Assembly: GCA_024137785.1 (NCBI GenBank)
Contig: JAHRHZ010000144.1
Coordinates: forward strand, 19,216,317 to 19,280,316
Length of the DNA stretch: 64,000 bases
Direction of reading: 5' to 3'
Source: Ginglymostoma cirratum
Taxonomy: Eukaryota
The notes under the pieces were generated by a model. That model ran no database searches, had not been told where the DNA came from, and saw only the letters and a program-made list of their open reading frames with translations. Of this stretch, positions 36,551 to 50,404 are shown in pieces; the stretch's first letter is position 1; each line of letters starts with the position of its first letter. The position numbers and the translations under genes were made by a program.

Positions 36551-39309
36551 TTTCATCATACTTTGTTGATGCTATGATAAATAAAATCCATTATCTCTAT
36601 AGCCCCAGATTTAATGCTGAGAAAACATCGGTTCAAAAGACTTCTGATTCCAATGTTACAAAAGACTAAAAATCTTGTCTTTGGAGGATGTAAAAGGAAT
36701 GGCTAGGCATTTCAGAGTTCTTGTTCCACCCGAAAACCAGAAAAACGGATACCGAAGTGTCAGGAGTTGTGAACCTGCGGGTGGTGAGGCAGATCAATTA
36801 AAATTTCAACAGCTAAAGTTTGGATTATCTGGAATTCCAGCGATGGAAAAAAAGGATAGAGGAAAGAATGAGAACAGAGAGGGGGAAGAGAAAATAAATT
36901 GCCAAAAAGGGAAAACAAGAAGAGATGGGAGTTTAATTTGAAACAGCTTGTACTGGAAAGAGAAAATAGCTCTAACTCAGACTTAAGGGTTGAAGTATTC
37001 AATTTGCTCTTTATTGACAGAAGAAGAGGAGGAGATTTTCTTTACCTGAATACAGCAGTTACAGTTGTCAGTCGAGTAGATTTTCCTTGTGGAAGATTCA
37101 GTGAGTATTACAAAATGGTCACTGAAACAGCAAAGTATATCAGCCTGTGATCCCCAGGAGGTGAACAGAGCAAAGAACTGGCAGACGTTGGTGAGAAAAA
37201 TAGTAGTCAGCAATATCATTACAGGTTCTTCCAAGTAGCAACTGTTTCTGTAGCCACTCAGTCCCACAGCAATATAATTTGCTTGCAGTAGGAACTTCTA
37301 AAAAAAAATCAGGATGGTTTATAGGTTAAGATAAATCAAGGTTCTGGTTCATAGTGTAATCAGAATACTTTGTGGAACCTGATTATTACATTATAAAACA
37401 ATTAAATTGGAAGGGTTTTACATTACACATGCTTTGCGTTCAGTTTGATGATTTTATTTTGCATACATCACCAACTGAAAAGGAAGCATGGCTTTAAATT
37501 ATTAGCTTTCAATAAACCATATATTTAGACAGGGTGGATAAAACAGGAACTTACAAAGCTGCTCAAGATGTAAAGCTACCATTTGGTGGGATCTAATTTT
37601 CATGGTAAGGATACACAGCAACAATACAAATAAACTCAAAAACTTGAAAATATACTCTGAATTTTGCTACCTAAATCTACAGATGAATGACTGTTACTTG
37701 TGTAAGGTCTCTGAAGGAGTCCAATACCTACTGGATGGCCAGGAGTCAAGTGTTTCAGGAAAAGAGAAAGGAAAAAGATAGAAAAAAAGTATGCCCCAAA
37801 AAAAAAAGTGGATGCAGATTCGAATTTCATCTGAATCGTTGGACTTGACTCTACTATTGCAGACTGATAGCTCCGTCAGTTCAACCAGCAAGACCTGGGG
37901 ACTGCCTCCAGCCATGTGGAGTATGGAAAAAGTGCACACAGCCAATCAGCAAGGCAAGGCAACATTGACAGACGGAATACAGATTTGGAAATGAACCATA
38001 AAAGGCTCAGCCTCCACATGGAAATATAATTCCGTACAATGGAAAAAATATCATGCCGTTGCACAGAAGACAGATTTTTAAAACAAAACAACTGCCGGTG
38101 ATTTAAAGTATGCAATTTAAAACGGTCTTTCACTGATCAAAGTTCATTTTTATAATTCAGGAAGCAACTAATTTCAGATCCACTCATCTCTTCAGTCTAC
38201 ACACAGGGCTACAGCAGGAATTATATTTGACTACAGCCATACAATTGCCTTATACAGGGATATCAAAGCTTTCCCATTCAAGCATCAATGCAAACACAGT
38301 AGTCGTAACATTAAAAGTCGATTGCCACCATTTACAAGCACTGGTGTCGTTGTGGATTAACATAGGGCTCCACATTATCTCAGACTGCCTGGTAAACACC
38401 AGTCTAGGATCAAGGGGGCCGGATTTGGCAGAATGAATTGCAGCCAAAGACGCCTGCTCACAGCTACAAGGGATCCCTTTAAATATGCAGCTCACACATA
38501 TATTGCATTGCTCAATCTGTGATTTTAAACTGGAGGATTGAGCAGCAAACAGTGATGTCTGCACGAGGTCAGACCTGCCAAGAACAAAAATAATGCCAAA
38601 AGGGCTCATTTGGGTAATTAAAAACAAAATCCTTACTGGCAAATTGGGTCTTCCCATTCAGAGTTTCTCATCCCTTGGCCTAGATTCTCCAAACTACCTT
38701 TCATCATTCCAGACACCACCCTCTATCCATTTCTGTCCACTTGCCATCATGCCAGCAATGACTTTCAATGGCAGCATAGCTTTAACAGCTGGGAAACAGA
38801 TTCCTCTCGCAGCTTCCTGATCATTTTTGTCATGAGCTCCAATATTTGCAGATAGATGGGAAAGATGGGGGAACGAGGAACTGAGACCTATGAACCCAGA
38901 AACTCACTAAATGTTTTAATGGAAGAATTCAACAACCATCTTAACCGGACATTCCAGCTGACAAGAAGAGAAGGGAAAACGGGATTGAAAGGGTGCTGTG
39001 GTGGAAATGCCATCGGAGTAATCACCAAAGCTTTAATGGAAATTTCAATTCAATCAAATCTAGAAATCTAAAGCAAAAAGGCAATACCTGCAGAAGGTTT
39101 CAACCGGTGACCCTTGGGAATCCCAACAATCAAGTGGGATATGGTTAGTTAAAGGCATCCTTGAGAGGCAGGAGTGCCAAAGAGACACCCACTGTATCGA
39201 GAGGCAGCTCTCATCTCTCCATTTCTCCCATCCTATGCAGCAGTCACGAATTTTAAATCAGGCTTCCACTTGTATAAATGCTTGATTTAAATATATTAAT
39301 AAAGTGTCC

Positions 39310-39640
39310 TAACTATAGATGTTTATAAAATCATGAGGGCACAGATAAGCTGAAGAGCAAAAGGGTAGAGAAGTTCAAAATTTAAGGTGAAGACAGAAGG
39401 ACCTAAAAAGGGCCTAAGGGTCTACTTTTTCACACTACGTGGAATGAACTGCAAGATAAAGTGGTAGAGGCAGGTACAGTTACAGCATTTAAAAGATATT
39501 TGGATAGGTACATGAATAGGAAAGATTTAGAGGGACATAGTCCAAACTCAAGCAAATGGGATTAGTTTAGTTTGGGAAACTTGATCTGCATGGATGAGTT
39601 GGACCGAAGGGTCTGTTTCCGTGCTGTACGACTCTATAAT
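39310..39640 (+). mobile_element. CR1/HER1-like LINE 3' end
   Basis: VYKIMRA-coding stretch, GTGGTAGAGGCAGGTACA, tail GGACCGAAGGGTCTGTTTCCGTGCTGTACGACTCTAT; reverse complement resembles 44915-45210 and 58340-58625. Confidence 0.88.
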
Positions 39641-40479
39641 CCTATTCATTATGGGAGATTAGGACATCCTGATATCCATCGCCAAACAGAGCTGAAGCAT
39701 GATCTGCATTTCAACCATTAACTATCCTCTCCTGGAGACTTTGATGCTTTTCATGCAAATGAAACAAACCCTTTCTTACAATTTATCTATCAGGTGCAGA
39801 GGTTTCCAATAGTTCCACTGTCCCTAGTGGCTCCTCTGAGTATTAAGGCCAAAAATCATGTCAGCAAGGTTTATTGAACATAATTGGAATTGGAAACAGA
39901 AACATTCTCACACTCAGGCCAACAGGGCAGAAATGTCCAACCTCCATCCCAGTGCCTCAGTCCAACACACAAAGCAATTACAGAGCACCATATTTGTGTG
40001 CATGCGCATGTATGTGAGGTGACCTACCACTAGCTACATTAAACAGTTACATCAAAGGGCCTGCGTGCCTCACAGGGGCCCGGGTTGGCTGTGGGAATTT
40101 CTCCACTGAGGCCCCTCAAAGCAGTGTGCCTCACGACAGTTCAGCTCAATTGGACTTCCTTGAATGACATCTTCTTGTCACACCCACTAAGTCTGTCGTC
40201 TTCTCCAGCAGCACCCAACTCTACTGGTAACGCTGCTGACCAGACACTGCATCCCTGCTCCATCTGCCATTGTTAATTAGAAGCAGCCAAAGGTGACTTT
40301 AATTGGTCAAATTGCAACAAACATTCCCCTCACAGCCACTCCAGACTCCTGCTTGAGAACTGAGGCACATGTCATGACCAACCTACAGAAAATCAGCCCA
40401 AAATGTTGAATTTAACTCCCTTTTATAGACGGTTTGTTTCAGCCTGAGCAAGAGTGTCTATGTTAAGGTGTGAAGATTA

Positions 40480-41030
40480 CAGATAACTTGGAAAATGAAT
40501 CATTTTTAATACCTGGGGTCAGTGGTAGCAAAAGATGGAAGTGAAAATTAAGTAACAGCTTAGCTCTGATTGCGCTAATTGGACAACGTGCAACAGAGGT
40601 GCTACATAATAGAAAGTGTTACTGAAATTGAAACAAAGAATCTTCAACATAGTTGAGGCCAGCCTCGTTATATAGTATAGAAACTACAGCAAAAACGAGA
40701 ACAGGAACAAGTTTATTCCAATTAGAAACATGGTGCAACTGCAACAAAGACAACCACCACCAAAATCAGGGGGTCAGTGAAGACTGTAGAAGCATTGAAG
40801 TTACCAACAAGAGATTGAAATGGTATAGTCATATAGGGAGAGAAAGCAGTAACAATGCAAGTGATGGTAATGGTACTGCAGGAAGGAGGAGGAGGAAGGC
40901 CTAAGGCCAGATGAGGAGATATGGTGGTGAGAGACTTAAACACAGCAGGATTAGAAGAATTATGAGTGATTGACAAGAGGAGTGAAGGAGGGTGATTTGT
41001 GAGCATTGTGGTAACCTCCAAGTAAAATCA
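40480..41030 (+). mobile_element. RTE-clade LINE 3' relic
   Basis: Ordered motifs YLGSVVAKDG, LRPASLYSIET (cf. VRPxLLYGxET), RLKWYSHI (cf. RLxWxGHV), RRRR-RPKAR*xDMVVRDL (cf. RRRGRPxxRWxDxVxxDL). Confidence 0.7.
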
Positions 41031-43544
41031 AAGAACCAAAAGCAAAGTATTGAATGTAACAATGTGTGGAAATACAAAGGTTACAGGAGCAAAAGCACCT
41101 ACTTAACATCACTGATTTCAGTAAAAATGTAATGCAGTGAAGAATGTAATGAATACATTCTTCAAAAACAGGCTTAATTGGAACCAAAAAGATGTTTTTT
41201 CCATCTGTGTTAACTTTTTAAATTCAAGATGCTGTTAACCACACAACCTTACAGTATCATTAAATAACAATTCATTTTGACGCTTTATTGTTACTCATAA
41301 ATAAAAGAAAATCAACGAGAGACTAACTGTATCTCAGAATCATCAGGAAGAAACTACATTTGATGTACGACATAACAATATCAATAAAAATTCTCATCTC
41401 TGCCATATAATCCAAGTCTTTTGTATGCTCGTGAATGACATAAAAAGATGTTCTAATTTATGAAATGAGTATTTTCTGACTCATGAAAGCAAAGGTACAA
41501 AATCTTCAGTAAATATTATTTTGTAGTTCTAGCTCAAATTTTAATTAAAGGCATAACTGAATTGTCATAATTTAAGTTGTAAATTTGAAAAAGGTAGAAG
41601 TAAAATATATGTTTGGTCATACATTAAATCAGATTTCAAATACTAATGTGTGAGCTCAGTGTGATTTATTTGAATGCATCTCCATCAAAACACAGCTAGC
41701 CTCCTTTCGGAAACTGAGAAATCTCTGTTTTACATCAGCTATGAAGAAATCCAAGTTTATTTTGATAGGGTCTTTAATCGAGAATGGTAAGAAGATGCTG
41801 CTTTTGGGGACAGCAGTACGACCCAACCTTTTCCGCAGACAGCGCTTTGTAAGTGCTGCATGGAAACCAACCAAAGAGCAAGCTGACATCTCACCTTCCT
41901 AGGATAATGATACCAAAAAAAGAGGACTGGTACCTTGTTGCCAGGAGCCATTTCACCACAAGAACAGGCAATGACCTCTTAAAGTGACACAGTCAGGTTG
42001 CATCTGGAGAAACAGATACATTCTGACAAAGTGATCTTCAGGGAGAGAGTACAATGGCTCACTTTTAATCTGCTTGAGAAACATGCACTTATTTTGCACG
42101 CACACATTCATGGTGGTTAGTCATATTAGAAAAGGGTGCACTTATTTCGTGTGATCTTATTTAACCAGATTAACGTAAATTGCAGGATCATGCACGGCTA
42201 AGAAGGTAATGTTTCAAGATTGGTATTTTGTGTTTTTTTTAATTATTTGAGGAAGAAGAATGCAATGAACTCTGACAAATGTGAGTGCACTTAATAAAGG
42301 GGAGCTCATGATTGTTAAATTTGAATTCTGAGTCACTGTGGAATTCTCTAACTGCAATGTTTGACACGTTCAATTCTACATCTGCGTCCAAGGCAGCGTG
42401 AGCTATATTTCACACTTTGGGTACTGTACTTACAACTTTTAGTGGGTTCATAATTCATCCATCCAAGGAAGATTTATTGAAAGTAATTGATGATTCTCAA
42501 ATAGAAGCTTTCTCATATGCAATAAATCAGGATTATAAATATTGAGTTTGCCATGAATCTATAAATAACAGCACATTACAACAATGACAAACCTCGAGAA
42601 GTGTTTCACAGGCAATAAAGGTCTTCGGGACATCCTGTGTTCATAAAGAATGCTTCATAAATGCTCAACTTTTTTTCTTGAAGAACAGAATTAGGCAGAC
42701 TCACCAAGGATGAATACTTCAAGGCAACTTTCAAAAAAAGTGTCATTATACACAGGATTTCTTTTTGTGACTACACACAGATAATCTTTACACTCAGCAG
42801 GTAGCATCCTTTCTACTAAAGAACATTGGTACAATTCCATTATTGAATGGGTGCAGGAGCCAAATTGGGATAAAATTTAGGAAACCACAATGGATGAAGT
42901 AGCAGTTTGGAGCCCAGTAACATCAAACTGGATGGCCCCAACAAGGTGAAGCTTCTATTAGGCTAAACCTGATGTACTTTCTGGCCTACTTAAAAAAAAA
43001 AGTGACAAATATGTACCCAAATGTCACACAGAGTGGCATTATGCAGATCCTTTACAGCTGTCAGAATTGACCTTAAAGTATAAGAGCAGTGTGCAGGCAT
43101 CATTTTCACAGCCGCAAGCAGAAATGGTCGGTTCATAATCATGCAATCCTGTGTAATAGCCAGCACAATTGCTCTACAGGCATTTTGATGAAGGGCATCC
43201 TTCCCAGTCAGAGCAACTCACCAGGATCTCCACATGAGTTTTGGGGCTGGTAAATCTTCAGGTATGAGTCACATCTCATGCACAAATGACACTTTAAGTG
43301 TTACCTCATTCCCTTTCATTTATCCAGTACTGCTTCCTTCAAAACAAACAAAATGTCCTGTTTAAGATTGCACACTTGATTCTCAGATATTCTTGTTAGG
43401 GTCTAGGATCCAAAATATCACCAGTACTTTTACAGGGGTTCAGCAATCTGGCAGGGGCTCAGATCAATTCACATGCACAACAAAAAGAAAATGTTAAAAT
43501 TCCTTTAGATCCACCTTGAAAGTACATTTTTGAAAAAAAAAATT

Positions 43545-43875
43545 CATTAGATATGGGTGCACTGGCAAGATGGGCATTTATTGTCCTTAAACTGAATGGC
43601 TTGTTAGGCCATTTCAGAAAGTGGTTAAGAGTCTTCTACATTGCTGTGGTCTGGAGAGACGTATAGACCAGGCCAAGTAAGAGTGGCTAACTTCCTTCCA
43701 TAAAAGAAATCAATGAACACACCTGTATTTACAACACTTAACAATAATCAACAATATTGCCAGTGAAAGAAGTTTTCAATCCCAGATTTTTTTTTATTGA
43801 ATTTAAATTATTCAATCAGCTACGGTGGGATCTGAACCAATGTCAATTTTGACAGACCAAAGCCACCACCTCCTC
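43545..43875 (-). mobile_element. SacSINE1-like DeuSINE, decayed
   Basis: GCATTTATTGTCC, ACATTGCTGTGGTCTGGAG, GGGATCTGAACC blocks are collinear with 13828-14185. Confidence 0.8.
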
Positions 43876-44914
43876 CTTCCAAAGTGAAGGACTACTTCCA
43901 GTCTTTTTTTTTTTAACTTGTGCATTGGGCAGGTAGTTCAGAGATTTAAGGGACCTTGGTGCCAGACATTCGCATTTACTTCTGTATTAATCAGCCTCCA
44001 GCAGTACTAGTGCACTCACCACTGCAACAGAACTTGGAACACAGCTATTCCAGAGCAGGAACTCCACTCCCCACAATTTACAGGGTTTAGAAGAGAGAAT
44101 GGATGGAATTTAAGGGCTACTGTTTGTTAAAGTACCCACAACTCAATTAAGTTGAAGCAGCCGTTATAAACACTGATCACCTATGGGTATTTTTAACTTT
44201 TAATTGAAAGTTGTTTTCTTCTTTTAGGAAGAGAAAATACAGGTAAAAGATGACTGCAGGTTTAAATTAATTGAGTGTCTGGAGGGGAATCCTAAAATAT
44301 CACAGTTCAAGATATCAAGAAGGTTCAAAGAGAACAAAACACTATAAACTAAACTGTAATCTCCTGTAAGCATGTCAGAAATTTAACATAATGGGAGAAA
44401 AGACAGCAGTACAGGCAAGAGAAATGTTCGCATTTACCACCTTCAAATATAAACAAGGAGTGTTTCAACCCTGGTGTGGGCTCTGCGGGCTGAGGTACTT
44501 GAATGCTGGCTTGCACTCAAGCATGAACATACCATGAAAGTCACAGTCAAGAAACAATTCATTGCAGGTAAAGGATTCTCTTCCTCAGAATGCTAGAAGC
44601 CAATTCAAAAGAAAAACAGGACCAAGAATTTCAGCTAACCTGAAAAGCCAAGAATCTTGAAGGTGGCTGCTCAACTACTAATGTTCCAACTATCTATCCT
44701 CATGAACAGCCCAGAAACTTGTGTACCTTTTATCTTCAGTTTTCAACTCTAATCTGTGTTGTACTATTATTTCTTCTTTCATTTGGTAGCTATTAATTTC
44801 TCACTCTTGTTAACTCAAGACGACCTGGTTAAGTTAGCCCCCTCTAAAACATAAATTAATCTGATTTGAGAGAAACGTATCCTCAAGATAGCAGCCCCTT
44901 TTACAGTCAGTATT

Positions 44915-45405
44915 ATAGACATGTACGGCACAGAAACAGACCCTTTGGTCCAACTTGTTAATGCTGATCAGTTATCCTAAATTAATCTTATCCCATTTGC
45001 CAGTATTTCGCCCATATCCCTTTAAACCCTTCCTATTCATGTACCCAACCAGATGTCTTTTAAATGTCGTAACTGTACCGGTCTCCACACCACCTCTTGT
45101 AGCTCATTTCATAAACGCACCATTCTCTGCATTGAAAACGTTGTCCTTTAGGCCTTTTTTATGTCTTTCCCCCTCACCTTAAGCCTATGCCATCTAGTTT
45201 TGGACTCCCCTACCCTATTCAGCCTCTCCCTGTAGCTGAAACCCTCCAACCCAGGCAACATCCTTGTGAATCTTTTCTGAATCCTTTCAAGTTTAAAGAC
45301 ATCTTTCCTATAGCAGGGAGACCAGAACTGTACACAGTATTCCAATAGTGGCCTAACCAATGTCCCGTACAGCTGCAACATGAACTCCCAACTCCTATAT
45401 TGACC
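44915..45405 (-). mobile_element. CR1/HER1-like LINE 3' fragment
   Basis: MLQLYGTLVRPLLEYCVQFWSPCYRKDVFKLERIQKRFTRMLPGLEGFSYRERL, the canonical CR1 ORF2 C-terminus. Confidence 0.95.
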
Positions 45406-47565
45406 AATTAACCTTGTTGTAACCAACTGAGCAGACAGTAAAAGAAGGAGAGCCAGTTCACCCGCACTCGTAGTTTGGAGTGCACCGTCTGGAATTGTAA
45501 TAAATTGAGGAATCTCACCTTGGGACTAGTCATAACACACTTGTGACTTTTTGTTTTAAACCTAGAGTATCAAAGACCCATAAACCAGAAACTGAAACCA
45601 AAGCGTTTAAATGTGGTATGAATCAATGTTATGGTGACAGTAGTCAGATTCTCAATTGCTTCCAAGGAAGTTTTCATTTGTCTGACTCATAGTTTTGAAG
45701 TGAGCCTAAATCAAAATTAGAGTCGAATTCATTTAATGACAGAACAATCATTTGAGAATACACAAATTCTAAATATCTACCATAAAACTTTTAGAATATA
45801 CTTATGAGGGATACTTTATTGAACATAAAACCACAATATTCAGCTGAAAGTTTGATTCAAATCCATTCCCAAAGTCATCTCAAGATAAATTAACATAACG
45901 AGTTTCCCACCAGCAGTTGCATACATTGCTCAACAGGACAGAGATGTAAACGCAAATGTTAACTGACAGCTTTCAGCATTCAACATTCATACAATTTTAT
46001 GAATGACCTTGAAGGTTAAACTAACCAGACTTGCACTTGAACCTTTCAATAACAGGCTGACGTGCTCAACTCATTTTACCGTACAGGGTATGAATATACC
46101 CGACATGCACTGGTGATCTTTTACTAACTGTCCCTAATGCCAACTCACTTGAAATGAAGATGGAAATGATATTCTGGCTGCCTTCATCTGAAAATTCCCT
46201 TAAAGGTGAAAAAAATGCTGTACCACTAAAACACCATGCAAAGCCAAGTACTGCCTTCAAAATATCACTGCTATTTGATGTCAAGACACATCAGGGTTCA
46301 TTATCACAATGTATTGCTGGGATAAATAAAAACATCACAAACCAACAATCGTAAAGACCATCGGATTCTACTTTGATAGTTAATGGACAATGTTTGTACT
46401 ATTCACCATGGTATGTTTCCATCATAAAGTGCACGGTAGATTTATAAACTGTTGACGTTCTCAACGGAATACCAGCTATCTGCAAAGCGCTTGCTGCGAA
46501 AGAAGGGGAGAGATGGTAGAAGAATCTCCTCTTTAATCCAGTTCCACAGCTGGTCTCCTTCACACCTAGATCAATTTTGAGCCATTTTCCTGGGACAAGA
46601 ATGGGGCATGGTGGCTTTGATAGCTTTCCACCAAAAAAGCAAAGCAGTCGAATGCTGCTGTTTGCAGCAAGAATGTCACAGCTGCAGAATATTTGGCAAG
46701 GAATTGTAAAAGTGGCAGGAGTCCCAAGCAACCAGTCAACAGAGCTACGCTGAAGTCTTCCCGAATTAAAGGCTGTAATTTCATCGGACAACCACTGGGA
46801 TTAACTGGATACCACACAAAGGCAGCTCCTACCAACCTTGCTGCTTCCTGGGATCCACCATTGCCTTTCTCCATGGCCACTCCAGAAAGTGGTGCTAAAC
46901 GTTAGTATCAAGAAGGAAAATACATCAAGATTCTGAACTCTTGCCCCTCCACATTGTTATTATAATGCATCAATGGGCAAGTGGTGGAACTGATGGGTTA
47001 GCAGCACCAGTGGGAGGATATCTTCTGCTTGCCCTCTTCACCATTTCTGCCCCAATCCCATTCAATTTTAGTGATATCTATTAGAAAGATTAAAGTCACC
47101 CTATAAATTAAGCCTTATTTGCTGAATATACAATTACATTCTTACTTTTTTAAAAAAGTTAAAAGCACTTTGCAAATATAATTTACAGCTATTTTCATTA
47201 AAATTGAACTATTCACCAGAGGTTAGATGAAGCAAATTAGGGCTACGGCAGTTGATTCTTCTTAATTTAAAGCTAACTTTATTCTTCAAAAATTCTCATT
47301 TCCAGAATCTTAAAATAATTGCATAAAATTGTAGAGGAAGTTACTTCTCAATGTAATTTTAGTTTAAATTATTAGGTGTCTATTTAGTGATCTACACGTC
47401 TGCTTTCTTCTTGACCTTTTTTTTTGCATATTTCCTAACTCATACTGCGTTTATCCAACCACATCTTTGCAACAGTTAAGAAAGAAGGAAAATACAAATG
47501 CATTGATCTGTACAGACACACTCCATCATACTCCATGATCATTCACAAATACAGTCGAACTGTGT

Positions 47566-47593
47566 TGGAAAGGAAAGGAAAGGAAAGGAAAGG
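47566..47593. repeat. (GGAAA)5 microsatellite
   Basis: GGAAAGGAAAGGAAAGGAAAGGAAAGG seen directly. Confidence 0.95.
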
Positions 47594-47699
47594 GTCACTA
47601 CTGACAGTTTTAGCATCGCTCACCATATTTTGTCAGCCAATCATGCCATGATACTTGAACTTCAATGTTTTGAAGAAGCGGAGTATAAATGTCAAACGC

Positions 47700-48588
47700 T
47701 GAGACCCGCTCTGTGGGCCACCTTAGCAAGAATTTTGTAGCATAGCACAGGCAGCATTGCCATTTGCTAGACAATCTGGCCCAATCTCTCTCAGACTATA
47801 ACTGCAGTCCTTTTGACGAAGGGAGGGAGCTCCACGTTTCTGAGAGATGTATTCCACTCTGGCCTCGCTCAGAAACATGGTGCCATACTCCCATTCTGAC
47901 AGTTATCTCCTAGCATACAACTGTCACAGGAATGCTAACCACATCCCCATTGTACAGCAGTCAACCCATATTCCAAAATGTAAGGATCATGACAGCCACT
48001 TTGTCAGGTCCTATAAAATCCTACGTATACAAGGTAAGTGCAATGTTAGGGTGCGGGGAGGGTAGGATGCCAGCTAAGTATGGTGCCATACAGCTAAGGT
48101 GCCAGGTAAGTAAGGTACAAGGGTAACAAGGTTAGTAAGCTGTTGGTAGGGTGCCAGTGTGAAAGGTAACATGGGGCAAGTTCAGTGTTTAGGTTAGATT
48201 GGGGTTCACTGAGATCACTTTAGCGGAGGGGCAGGAGGGTTAGGTGCAGGTATGGATGCATGCGTATGGGGGTCAAGTCCCCAGGGAGTGTTGGATCAGG
48301 ACTCTTCTTTTGGTTGGGGGGGGGTGGTGTAGAGACAGGGGCAGGGATTGTAAGGGGCAAGGGAGTTGTGAGAGTTATTTGCTTAGTTACTCTGTAGTTA
48401 GATTACATTTAATAGTCTAATTTTTCTTGAGTAATTATTTTGCTTAGTTTCATCAGAGCAATATGAAGTCTCTGTTTTTTATAGAGACGTTCATAGGTTT
48501 CCAGTCAAAGTGGAATTATCCAGCAGAGAATTCAATTCCCCAGGCAATTCCTTCAGAATGTGCTACAATGGGAATTCCACAGCATCCT
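47700..48588 (+). repeat. Unclassified repeat family A copy, cut by HE1 SINE
   Basis: TTCAATTCCCCAGGCAATTCC...GGAATTCCACA (48531-48581) matches 17701-17750; left boundary uncertain. Confidence 0.5.
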
Positions 48589-48589
48589 T

Positions 48590-48905
48590 GTAGAATTCCT
48601 ACAGTGTGGAAACAGGTCATTCACCCCATTTAATCCCAACTGACCTGCCAGAGAGCCTCTCACCCAGATCAACACCCTACGCTATCCCTGTAACCCTGCA
48701 TTTCCCACGGCTAATCCATTTAGCCTGCACATCCCTGGACACTATGGGCAATTTAGCATGGCTAAACCACCTGATGTGCACATCTCTGGACTGTGGGAGA
48801 AACTGGAGTACATGGAGGAAACCCACACAGACAGTATGGAATCAAACCTGGGTCCCTGGTGCTGTGAGGCAGCAGTGCCAGCCATCGAGCTACTGTGCTG
48901 CCCCA
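48590..48905 (-). mobile_element. HE1-like V-SINE
   Basis: Minus strand GGCACTGCTGCCTCACAGCACCAGGGACCCAGGTTTGATTCC head and CTCCCACAGTCCAGAGATGTGCA core. Confidence 0.92.
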
Positions 48906-49739
48906 TGCTTAACCTCCATCTATGCTGGAGTAACAGCAGCCTGGGCAGCAACAAAAAAAAAACTGCACCATTATTTCCCTCCAGATTAGTTGTGTTAAAC
49001 TCATATTTTAATGCAATTATGCAGCTCTCAAGTTTGTGCCCAGGTTTCCAGCAAAGATCCAGTACTGTGAAACCCAACACTGAAGAATGGAAACAGTAAA
49101 TAGTGATCTCAAATTTCAGGCAATCGACCGTGCATGAATTATTCAGTTATTAGTCTACTACATTGAACATCGTACAACATATTTGAATCCAATCTTTGCC
49201 TCTTTTATCCAATCTTGATCTTTCTTGGGAGGCTGATGATCATGGAGTATAATGCAGTAGTATAATTAATACATTTTATCGACATTAGATTTAAAAGAAA
49301 ATCGTAAAAGTTTTGCACTTCTGCAAAAAATGTTAATTAATGTCAATTCATTAACTTAAAAATAAATCGGCAATTCCAATGCATATTGGAGAAAGAAGAA
49401 CGCAAACTCAAGTTGTAGCTTGTGATCTGCTAAAAATTGCAATGATAAATTAATGATGATCCTTCTAAAACTAAATGTGGAATTTTCCCATCCTTGGAGA
49501 TAGCGAGAAGACAAATAACTGGGCGAGTTGATCTTCAGCAAGAGGTATTTGTCCCCTTCTCACCACTTCACAATTGAGTGATGCACAAGGGTCAGTGGGA
49601 AGCCAACTCAACTACCAATTAAGGCCCTTAATGGTCAAATTAAGGCCATCTCTCTGCACCACCACCTCAGTTACCTGCCGGCCAGACAAACAAAGTGATT
49701 AGTTTCCTGGAGAAACCACTAACTTGCCAACTGCATCCA

Positions 49740-50310
49740 GGATCGCATAGCCTTCTCAAATTTGCAGTACATTAGTGTCCATTTTGCTTCCGATTCGGAC
49801 ATTTTGCCCATGACCAGCACTGGCATCACAATGAAGCTCAATGTCAGCTCATGGAACATCACCTCATCTTTCATCTTAGCTGTAGCCTTCTGGACTCACT
49901 ATTGAGTTCAACAACTTCAGATCATAACCTCTGCATTCATCTTGTTCTAAATCTTCTGACGGTTCTGTTTGATTCGGTTCTTTCCGAATCCCTTCGCATA
50001 GATGCTACATGACCATTCCCACCTCATTGGACACACGTTGTGGCCCCTTATAATGCACATCACTACCCTCGCTTTTGCTGCATGAAGCAGTTAGCCGTTT
50101 AGTCTCACTTGTTCTCCACATAATCATGGGCTTCGCTTTTTGTTCTTCCAACTCCCCATCTCTTCTCATGATCAAAACCTATTACATTTCTACTTGTCTT
50201 TATTTTTGAATAACAATCATCTGAACCTGAAATGTTAAATCTATTTCTCTCCACTGATGTTAGCCGAGATGCTCAGTATTTTCAGCAGTTTTCTGTTTCT
50301 ATTTCAGCTT
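49740..50310 (+). mobile_element. Penelope-like 3' relic (end of GIY-YIG domain + pseudo-LTR), older family
   Basis: NEAQCQLMEHHLIFHL..PSGLTIEFNNFRS* at ~49830-49927; TGAAATGTTAAATCT..TCTCTCCAC tail. Confidence 0.75.
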
Positions 50311-50404
50311 AGAGAAGCTCAAATACAAGTTCCTGGCAGGTGTTTTGTGTAGCATATAGCAAGAGCAATGACTAGAAGACAAGATGAGCAGATTCACAGT
50401 ATAT

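Noticed and set aside
37860-38030. Possible terminal coding exon (RQFNQQDLG...LHMEI*)
   Set aside because: In-frame stops immediately upstream and no good acceptor for that frame.
46399-46905. Overlapping 130/104/70-aa ORFs
   Set aside because: No recognisable domain; composition resembles the old unclassified repeats elsewhere in the window.
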